Shown here in pieces: positions 17,992-25,943 of a DNA stretch of 64,000 nucleotides. The position numbers and the translations under genes were made by a program. The stretch's first letter is position 1; the number at the start of each line of letters is the position of its first letter. Location of the stretch: the NCBI GenBank assembly GCA_016875335.1, contig VGRO01000005.1:11295-75294 (forward strand), given 5' to 3'. The notes under the pieces are model-generated. The model did not search any database, was not told where the DNA came from, and saw nothing but the letters and a program-made list of their open reading frames with translations. The stretch is from Deltaproteobacteria bacterium (GTDB taxonomy: Bacteria; Myxococcota_A; UBA9042).

Positions 17992-20664
17992 CTACGCGAC
18001 AATGGCGCCGAGCAACCGCGTGACCGGCCGTCGAAACGGCAGCGACAGCAGCGGAATCGCTTCATCCGCAGCCCGCTGCGCGCGCTCAACGGCCAGCTTG
18101 GCATCGCCACCACCTTTTCTGCCCTCCTGGATGCCGAGTGCTGGCCTGTCCGGCCTTGCCAGCAGATCGTTCAACCACAGCACCGCGCGCCAGTCAGGTA
18201 GCACCTGGGTTGAGGACGGTCGCACGAGAACGCCGAGCACCGCCGACCGCACCGCGACGCCCTCGGTGTGGACGCCATCGGCCACGGTGAACAGGTAGAG
18301 CGATTCGTGTGCGGCATCCGTGGCAGCCACTGAAGTCACCTCGTCGCACGCCGCCGCCAGCGCACCCTCGATCACTGGCACGCCAGTGCCCAGCAGTCTG
18401 TGGGCGTCCTCTCCGGCACGGTGGCGCTGGAAGTGGACGCGCTCATACCGCTCGCGCACGAAGAACCTGGGGCCGCGCCACTGCGCCGGCGTCTCGAAGG
18501 TCAACAGCCCGTCTCCCGACTCGAAAAGCCGCTTGCCGTTGGCGCGTAACGCTGCCCGCAGGAACGGCACGAGGTCCGGCAGGTCCAGCTTGGGGATCGT
18601 CGGAGCATCCACGCCAAACTCGAAGCGAGCCGTGTGGCCAACAAGTGCTTCCACGGCGGTCACCACCTCCTTGCCGCCAAGGGTAGCCGATCGCGCATCG
18701 AACCATTGGTCGACGTCGGCGATGGCCACGTCGACCGCGCCCGCCATCAATTCGGCGAATGCCGCAGGTGGCGCCGCCCCCAAGACGAGGCCATGGATGT
18801 CCTCGGGCGTCGCTTGGACCCCGCGAAATGCCAGCGCAATGCGGTCCAGTTTCTCCAGCAGCTTGGCCCAAATCCGGCCCTCGACGGTGTCCGGGTTGCG
18901 CATCATGTGAATGTCGACCGGATGCTTCTGGCCAAAGCGGTTCAGGCGCCCGACCCGCTGATGCATCCGCATTGGATTCCACGGCAAGTCATAGTGGACC
19001 AGGGTGTGGCAGTTGTCCTGCAGGTCAATGCCTTCACCTGCGGCCTCCGTTGATACCAGAAAGCGAATGCGACCTTCGCGGAACGCAGCTGCGGTGTCCG
19101 CGCGGTTGCTGACGCGCCTGACCAACAGCTTGCTTTCCCGGTCGGGCAGTTCCAGGTAGCCATCGCCATTGATGAAACTAACCGCTCCTGAGCCAAACCG
19201 TGCAGCGAGGTCGGCAACGATGAGCGCCTGCGTGACCTTGTATTCGGTAAAGATCAGCAGCGACGTCTGCGCCGGCAGTTCCGCAACCAGGGCCAACAGC
19301 ACATCAAGCCGCGACTCGCGCTCCACCGCCGCTGCGGCCTCTACGAGTTCGCGCAGCGACGGCACCTCATCCTCGGCAATTTGTAGGCCGTCCATCCAGT
19401 CATCGATCTGGGCCTCTAGCCTTTCGCGCTCCGCCGCGGCGGCTTCCGATGGGTCGTCATCCAGCGCGTGCAATCTCGCCCAGGCCGCGTCAAGCTCCTT
19501 CTGCCGCGCCTGCCGCCCGCCTTCACCACTTAGACGCGCCAACCGCTTGCGCAACGCGCTGGCGACCGCCGCCACCGAACTCGCCGCCAGCTTCTGCAAC
19601 GTGATGAGGACCAACATGACCGTGCGCTGGCTGCCGAGTCGCATCCGCTTGGCGAACACCTTGCCGCTGGCAATGAACGCCGTCAGCTTGTCGTAGAATG
19701 CCTGCTCCGCCGGGCCGTAGCCGTAGGTGCGATCGTGGACCGCACTCGGCTTGAACAGGCGTTCGCCGCGCATGTCGGTCACGTTCGCCTTGTTGTTGCG
19801 GATGACCACAGACGGCAAGTCGGGGAGCGCGTCTTCCAGCGCCATCTGAGGCTCGAAATGGCCAGGATCCAGCAGCGCCAGCAGGCTGAGGAAGCCGAAG
19901 TCCTTGCCACGGTGTGGCGTCCCGGTGAACAGCAGCATGCCGCCAATTAGCCGCTGCTCGTCCATCTTGCGCAGCAGTTCGAGGCCAAGCGTTTGGCCGC
20001 CGCGCTCGTCGGCGTTCAGGTGGTGGGCTTCGTCGACGACAACGAGGTCCCACGGCTCTGCCGTCAGGATGCGCTCCCAGCGCTTCTTGTGATCGAGGCG
20101 CAACGTATGCAGCGACGCGACGACCACCCGATGGGCGTTCCAGTAATCGGCGGCCGGGTGGTCCACGTCGGGGTTATAGGCGCTGCTGCGGATGTCGAAC
20201 ATCTCGCGCAATCGGGTCTGCCACTGCTCGACCAGCGAAGCCGGCGCGAGAACCAACAGCCGGTGGACAACCTTGCGGCCGAGCAGCGGCGACAGGATGA
20301 GGCCCGCCTCAATGGTCTTGCCGAGGCCCACGTCGTCAGCAATCAGCCACCGCGACGGCCAGCGCTGCAAGACGCGGTGAGCGACCCAAAGTTGGTGCGG
20401 CAATAGCTTGACGCGAGACCTCGAGAAAACGCCCCAGCGGTCGCTGGTCGAGCGGATGGCGTGGGCGAGCAGCTTGGTGCCCACCACGAGCGGCGTGCCC
20501 CACATGGCGCCGGCCAGCGCTTCCTCGGGGGCGGCGATCGGCCGTGTCTCTGAGGAGAGAACCTTGAGGATGGCGCCGCTGTCGAACTCGACGACCAGGA
20601 TGTCGCCAGTGTCGGACAAAACAGTACCCTGGCCGTGGACCGTGTGGTGGAGGCGAGTGGGCAT
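17992..20664 (-). CDS. SNF2-family (SWI2/SNF2) helicase/ATPase
   Basis: ATG at 20664 (MPTRLHHTVHGQ) lies 8 nt downstream of the TAG of the upstream gene. Motifs: LIADDVGLGKTIEAG (motif I), VVVDEAHHL (DEAH, motif II), LFTGTPHRG, and a C-terminal helicase lobe with HYDLPWNPMRMHQRVGRLNRFGQ. The longer ORF to 21177 has a Pro/Arg-rich junk N-terminus. Confidence 0.85.
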   Translation of the reverse strand: MPTRLHHTVHGQGTVLSDTGDILVVEFDSGAILKVLSSETRPIAAPEEALAGAMWGTPLVVGTKLLAHAIRSTSDRWGVFSRSRVKLLPHQLWVAHRVLQRWPSRWLIADDVGLGKTIEAGLILSPLLGRKVVHRLLVLAPASLVEQWQTRLREMFDIRSSAYNPDVDHPAADYWNAHRVVVASLHTLRLDHKKRWERILTAEPWDLVVVDEAHHLNADERGGQTLGLELLRKMDEQRLIGGMLLFTGTPHRGKDFGFLSLLALLDPGHFEPQMALEDALPDLPSVVIRNNKANVTDMRGERLFKPSAVHDRTYGYGPAEQAFYDKLTAFIASGKVFAKRMRLGSQRTVMLVLITLQKLAASSVAAVASALRKRLARLSGEGGRQARQKELDAAWARLHALDDDPSEAAAAERERLEAQIDDWMDGLQIAEDEVPSLRELVEAAAAVERESRLDVLLALVAELPAQTSLLIFTEYKVTQALIVADLAARFGSGAVSFINGDGYLELPDRESKLLVRRVSNRADTAAAFREGRIRFLVSTEAAGEGIDLQDNCHTLVHYDLPWNPMRMHQRVGRLNRFGQKHPVDIHMMRNPDTVEGRIWAKLLEKLDRIALAFRGVQATPEDIHGLVLGAAPPAAFAELMAGAVDVAIADVDQWFDARSATLGGKEVVTAVEALVGHTARFEFGVDAPTIPKLDLPDLVPFLRAALRANGKRLFESGDGLLTFETPAQWRGPRFFVRERYERVHFQRHRAGEDAHRLLGTGVPVIEGALAAACDEVTSVAATDAAHESLYLFTVADGVHTEGVAVRSAVLGVLVRPSSTQVLPDWRAVLWLNDLLARPDRPALGIQEGRKGGGDAKLAVERAQRAADEAIPLLSLPFRRPVTRLLGAIVA

Positions 20665-20672
20665 TGGTGGGC

Positions 20673-23600
20673 CTAATCGCGCAGCAGGACGTAGGCGTCG
20701 AGCTCGAGGGGGAGCTTGCCCAGGCCGTGGAAGTCGGCGCGGTCGGCGCCGATGAGGCCAGCGAGCCAGTCGTGGACGCATTCGCTGGTGTACTGCTCGG
20801 AGCTTCGGTCGGCGAAGTAGCCGAGACGGCGGAGGACGTTGGTGAGAATATGGCCGGGTTCGTAACCTTGCCGCCGCGGGTCTGACTGGGACTGCGACAG
20901 AGGCAGCACGCCAAAGTACTTTAGTTCTCCCAAGATCCACGGCAGGCGGTTCACCGCCCCCGCCATCGCCGGGACATCGGCGGAGTCCGCATCGCCGGAA
21001 AGGCCGGGGTCGGTGGCCGGCGAGAGTGCCTCCGTTCTGCCTTGGCGCAAGGACTCTGCGTAGACTTTCCACCACTTTGTGGCGGCGTACATGTCCGGAA
21101 GAACTCGCATCCAGAAGCCGTAGGGGCGATAGCCTCCCATGCGATCGCGGCTCCATTCGTCGAGGAAGTCCGTCCACGTGCCATCGGGCGCGTCATCGCC
21201 AAATAGCCGGTCGAACCATGTGCTACCCAGACGCCGGGAACGTCGCTTCAGCAGTTGCTCGGCGAACCCACGGTGCTGTTCGCCCTTGAGTCCAAGGCCT
21301 TGCACGTGGGCGAGCAAGAACAGGACCATCCAAGCCCGCTTGGTTTCCGCCATGTTCCAGTCGCCCTTGAGCCAAGCCCCGATTTGCCGAGGTTGGTCCG
21401 GGTTCCAATCCCGGGGCCAGAGTTCCTTGCGCAGCGCTTGCAGGCGCGTTAGCCGGTGGTTCTCCTCGGCCCAGGTGTCCCACAATTCGCAGAGTCGCTT
21501 CTGCGCCTCGGTATGGGAGACTGGTTGACTCGGCGGCTGCGGGGGCGGCGGCTGCTGCCAAGTCTGCAGAGGGCCGAAGAGACCAATTTCGACGGTCTGC
21601 GACTGCCCGGGTACCAGCCCAGCTCGACCCGCTGCGGCCTGCCACTCCTCTCTTGTCCTCGCCCATGGCAAACAGCCACGGTCTTTGACGGCCTGGCAGA
21701 CTTTAGCGCCCAGCGTTCCTTCCGCCAAATACCTCGCGGCAGCACTCTGGCGAGCGACCGTCTCGGCAGCGCCCGCCCACGCCGCCAGCAGCGCCGCATC
21801 CGCCCTCAGCTCGCCCCGTAGGCGTAGGAACACATCCAATCGGCGCGCTTGCGCCGCAACCTCGGCAGAAGCAACCGCGCTATCTGGTGCGAAAGCACCG
21901 CGCAACAACTCGTCGTCGAAGCTCTCGGGCTTGACAGTCAACGCATCCTTGCGGGTCGCAGCCTCCGGCGGCAACAGCAACCCGGAAATGAGCGACTGGC
22001 CGCCTCCGCGCGCGGTCAGCGTCAGCCGCGACGCCCACGCCTCGAGGGCGCTCGGCTGCCCCTGCACTCGCGCACCCTCACTGTTCACGCTTTCCCAGCA
22101 GTCCTGCGCAGCCAGCGGCGCCAGCAAGTCCAGGTGATCCGCCGACAGTTGCTCGCTACGGGGGGCCGACCAGGCGCTCAACTGGCCGACCACCTTGAAA
22201 TCGCGCCTCTGCACCCGAAGCAGTCGCGACAACACTTCCGCCACTTCAGCGGTCACTACGGAACCCGCGCTCGCCCGCAATTCGGGAATCGCCGCAAGGA
22301 GCCCTTGCACGCCGTGGCTCGCCGCCGCCTGTGAAGCCACGAAGATAGTGCCCTGTGCTGCAATCGGCCCGACTAATGCTGGCCACGGCGCGTCGAGCCC
22401 AGACGGCACCACGGCTAGTGTGCTGCTGAGCTTGCCTAGGCCGCGGTCATTGGCGTGCAGCCGCTGCAGCAATTGCAGGCGGTCGGCCACCGGCTGGCCG
22501 TGTAGGCCGCCGGCCAGGATACTCCAGATCGCGCCCACGAAACGCGACGGACTTTCCTTGCAACCGAGGACTGTGCTCGCCTCACCATCACTCTGCACCG
22601 CCGTCACCAGTTCAGCCAAGGCCTGCCCGAGCTGTTCGCCGAGCCCGTCGAGAACCTTCGTCGACTCCTCCGCCTTGAAGTCCACGCGCACACGGCCGGT
22701 GTCCAGCTTGAAGTCTCCGTTGAGGCAATAGCCCAGTTCCCAGTCCTCTTCGGTCGGGGCGACTACCCAGAACGACGGTATTTCTTTCGGCATCGGCGTA
22801 GGAATGCCGTTGTCCAGCGCGAACAGCACCGTGCGCAGGGTGCGCGCGGGCTTAAGCGGGCGGTAGCGGAGCAGCCGAACTGGCCAGCCACTATCGCCAA
22901 CAACGACCGCTGAGGTCGACACAGACCAACCTTGGACGCCGGGCACGTCCACGGCGTCAAACCCAACGCGCCCGCCGTGCTCGACCGGCACTTCAATTGC
23001 CATGACTTGCCGGGCCATCGCCGTCAGGACGGCCGCGACTGGCCGAAGGCGGCTGAACACCTGTTCGAGCAAGTACGCGGGGTCAAACTCGACAGCCAAG
23101 GGCAGTGTGATCGTCGTCGGCAGCATGCCTTCGACTTCTTCAGCCGCAATCAGCGCTGGCGTCCGGACCTCGTTCGGGACTAGCGCTGCATCGAGGCGAA
23201 ACGCCAAGGTGCCCGAACGGACGACAGGGTCGTCGCTGATCATGTGTACAGACTTGAAACCCAGGCCAAACCGGCCCGTGCACTGCACGCCGCCGGTCTC
23301 CGCTTCACCCCCGCGCTTGGCGCTGACATGGAAGCGCGCCATGAAGTAGAGGTCATTATCCCATTGATTGGCCTTGCCCTCTGGGAAGGCGCTACCGCCG
23401 TGCTCGTTGATGACCCGGCCCCAGTGCGTGAACACAAGCGTAGGGCTGGCGGCGCCCTGGATGTGAACCACCTCGACCCGGACGGTGCGCGCGGCCTCCG
23501 GAAGCATGGCAAGGCGCGACATCACCATGCGCTGTTCCAGGGCATCATCGGCATTCTGCAGCAGTTCCAGTAGCACCGATGCCGGTGAGTACGCATAGGT

Positions 23601-25943
23601 CTTCAGCATCGCGCGCACACGGTTTCTCAGTGCCGACGCCACGAGTGGCTTCGCGACCAAGTCTGCCAGTTGTTCAGGAGCCCTGCGGATTTCACTGTCG
23701 AGGCGCTGGCGTTCGTTGTCGCTCGCCGAGTTCAGGCGATCGAGCTTTGCACGCCGGATGCGTGCAAGAAACTGAACCACTTCCGCGAGCTTCGGGTCAT
23801 CGTCCAAGCGAAATTCCGCGAGCTTCTCCGGCAGGCCGTCGAGAAGCAGTCCGCGCGCCGGGCCGATGTCCACCTGCGATCCTGTACCGACCCGCGTCCA
23901 CCAGGTTTCAAACGGCAACTGTGCAAAGCGCTGGGCGCCAAGAACCGCACGCGCAAGTGCAACCGCAGTGTCCTTGAGAACCTCAGCCCGCTGCGCGGCA
24001 TCCAGTGACGCAAAAGCGCACTCGCGCAGGACGATGTCGATATGCGGGCGGCGGATTCTTCCGAGTTCCTCAATCCAACGGCGAGGGTCGCCGTCAAGGA
24101 GGTGGCAGGCCGCTTTGCCGAGGCGAATGCAGATTTCGCCGCCGCAGAGGCCGGGTACAGTCGTTTCGTCGGCTTTGGACCGGGACAACTGGAAGTGCAC
24201 TTCGCCCGCATCGGCGAACGGGTCCGGCACCACGCCCAGCCCACGCCGAACGTCAGAAGCCCTCTGCTGGCCCAACCAGTCTTCGACGGCCCTCACAAGG
24301 CCTGCACTACCAGTCAGCGAGAACACAGCGCCGAGGACCGACCGCTGCACAGTACCGGCCACGCACTTTTCGATGTGGCTGACCACTTGGTCTGGGCTCA
24401 GTTCGCGGCGGGGTTGGCCTCGGGCATCGCTTGCTGCTGGTGGCGCCAACCCAAGCTCGTCGACACCAAGCCACTCGCGAACACGCGCGTGCGGCACGTA
24501 GCGGCTTGGCACCCCAGCCAGGGCCGTGGTCAGTTCGTTGGCCAGCCGCCAGCGCCCGTCGGCAGTCAACACCTTCAAGTTGGCCAGGAATGTGCGGGCC
24601 AGTGACGACTGGACGGTCGTCGCAAGTGCAAACCAAGCCTCAGTCAAGGCTTCCGCTTGATCAGCCCTGGCACTGGGCACTACGGCGTTGAGAGTGGCCG
24701 CCCAGTCGTCTGGCTGCATGCTGCCGGCCAGCCGCTCGGCAAGCGCTTTGATGTCGCCATGGTTGCAGCCATCGCCGGCGGCAAGTGCCTGGACCAGCGC
24801 CCAACCCAGGCGCTTCTGGCCCAGCGGCAGGTGATCACGCAGGACGGGCCACTGCGCCGGACCGAGCACGAGGCCGAGAGGGACTGTGACCCAAGCCGGC
24901 GGCACCCGGAGCGCGTTTCGCCCCACCACGTCCGTCAGCCCGATTGCCACACCGCGCTGATCGTTCAGGGCCGCGCACACCGCTCGAAGTTCCTCGGCGA
25001 TGTCGCTGACAATTGCTGACGCCAGTCCGACCTGTGGTGCATGCAAGTCTCGAACGAGCCATTGCACCAACGGCTGCACCTCGGGCTGGCAGGCAATGTT
25101 GTCCAAGACATCTCGCGGTGCGACACCGCATTGCGCACCAAGCGCATTGCCGATCGGGATCCACGAAATCGTAGCGAGGTCCTTCCGAATCCCATTGAAA
25201 CACGGGTGAAGCGGTAGAGAGGTACCGGTCACGGAGCGCAACCCACAAAGGATCGTTGCCGCAATCTCGTGCGGATAATCATGGCAAAGCGCGACCTCGA
25301 CGAGCTGCACGGCGGTGAACTCATGCAGCCAACGCGTGTAGTGCTCCTGCACGCGTTGGTCGTTGCTGGACTCGATGATGTTCACGCCAGTGGCGACTTC
25401 AAGGGGAACGTCGATGCCGGAGCGAAACGTACTCTTGGGATCAAGCGCGACGAGCGTCCCCTTGTTTCTGTGTGCCAGAACGCGGTGTAGCGGTAGCGCG
25501 AAAAACAGGTCACGGTCTGCGGTCGCAATGTGCAGGATTGCCAACCGCTCGGCTTCGGACAGTCTCGCAACGGCTTCGGCCGAAGGTTGCCCCCGCAGCA
25601 GGTCCAGAAGCACGCGATCGGATGCAGGCGCAATCCGTAGGTCTTGGAGTTCGGGGGGCCTGAGCGCGGCCGGGGTTTCCTTGGGGACCATACACCACGC
25701 TTCGCTGCGGTTGCGCAGTACGGCCCTGAGTGCCATTTCCAGCAACGGGTCCTGTGGCTCCACCCAGAGCATGGTTGCCATGTCGTCGATGCGCTGCGCG
25801 TCGCCGTGGGCCAACAACCGCAACGCACTCTTGCGCTCCTGGGCATCGAAGCTGTAGGCCGCAGCCAACTTCGCGAACAGTCCTGTGCGTTCAGACGGAG
25901 CTTTGGCCACCCGCTCCGCCTGCGCCAACACCGCCCGCGCCAC
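20673..25943 (-). CDS. Very large (1756 aa) sacsin/Hsp90-like GHKL ATPase (HATPase) domain protein
   Basis: ORF 20673..25943 (GTG start as called). Internal Bergerat N-box VLLELLQNADDALEQRM at about residue 770 and a G-box-like TGRFGLGFKSVHMISDDPVVRSG match the sacsin-repeat / Hsp90-like ATPase signature. The large flanking regions have no recognised domains. The stop is 8 nt before the SNF2 gene ATG. Confidence 0.7.
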   Translation of the reverse strand: MARAVLAQAERVAKAPSERTGLFAKLAAAYSFDAQERKSALRLLAHGDAQRIDDMATMLWVEPQDPLLEMALRAVLRNRSEAWCMVPKETPAALRPPELQDLRIAPASDRVLLDLLRGQPSAEAVARLSEAERLAILHIATADRDLFFALPLHRVLAHRNKGTLVALDPKSTFRSGIDVPLEVATGVNIIESSNDQRVQEHYTRWLHEFTAVQLVEVALCHDYPHEIAATILCGLRSVTGTSLPLHPCFNGIRKDLATISWIPIGNALGAQCGVAPRDVLDNIACQPEVQPLVQWLVRDLHAPQVGLASAIVSDIAEELRAVCAALNDQRGVAIGLTDVVGRNALRVPPAWVTVPLGLVLGPAQWPVLRDHLPLGQKRLGWALVQALAAGDGCNHGDIKALAERLAGSMQPDDWAATLNAVVPSARADQAEALTEAWFALATTVQSSLARTFLANLKVLTADGRWRLANELTTALAGVPSRYVPHARVREWLGVDELGLAPPAASDARGQPRRELSPDQVVSHIEKCVAGTVQRSVLGAVFSLTGSAGLVRAVEDWLGQQRASDVRRGLGVVPDPFADAGEVHFQLSRSKADETTVPGLCGGEICIRLGKAACHLLDGDPRRWIEELGRIRRPHIDIVLRECAFASLDAAQRAEVLKDTAVALARAVLGAQRFAQLPFETWWTRVGTGSQVDIGPARGLLLDGLPEKLAEFRLDDDPKLAEVVQFLARIRRAKLDRLNSASDNERQRLDSEIRRAPEQLADLVAKPLVASALRNRVRAMLKTYAYSPASVLLELLQNADDALEQRMVMSRLAMLPEAARTVRVEVVHIQGAASPTLVFTHWGRVINEHGGSAFPEGKANQWDNDLYFMARFHVSAKRGGEAETGGVQCTGRFGLGFKSVHMISDDPVVRSGTLAFRLDAALVPNEVRTPALIAAEEVEGMLPTTITLPLAVEFDPAYLLEQVFSRLRPVAAVLTAMARQVMAIEVPVEHGGRVGFDAVDVPGVQGWSVSTSAVVVGDSGWPVRLLRYRPLKPARTLRTVLFALDNGIPTPMPKEIPSFWVVAPTEEDWELGYCLNGDFKLDTGRVRVDFKAEESTKVLDGLGEQLGQALAELVTAVQSDGEASTVLGCKESPSRFVGAIWSILAGGLHGQPVADRLQLLQRLHANDRGLGKLSSTLAVVPSGLDAPWPALVGPIAAQGTIFVASQAAASHGVQGLLAAIPELRASAGSVVTAEVAEVLSRLLRVQRRDFKVVGQLSAWSAPRSEQLSADHLDLLAPLAAQDCWESVNSEGARVQGQPSALEAWASRLTLTARGGGQSLISGLLLPPEAATRKDALTVKPESFDDELLRGAFAPDSAVASAEVAAQARRLDVFLRLRGELRADAALLAAWAGAAETVARQSAAARYLAEGTLGAKVCQAVKDRGCLPWARTREEWQAAAGRAGLVPGQSQTVEIGLFGPLQTWQQPPPPQPPSQPVSHTEAQKRLCELWDTWAEENHRLTRLQALRKELWPRDWNPDQPRQIGAWLKGDWNMAETKRAWMVLFLLAHVQGLGLKGEQHRGFAEQLLKRRSRRLGSTWFDRLFGDDAPDGTWTDFLDEWSRDRMGGYRPYGFWMRVLPDMYAATKWWKVYAESLRQGRTEALSPATDPGLSGDADSADVPAMAGAVNRLPWILGELKYFGVLPLSQSQSDPRRQGYEPGHILTNVLRRLGYFADRSSEQYTSECVHDWLAGLIGADRADFHGLGKLPLELDAYVLLRD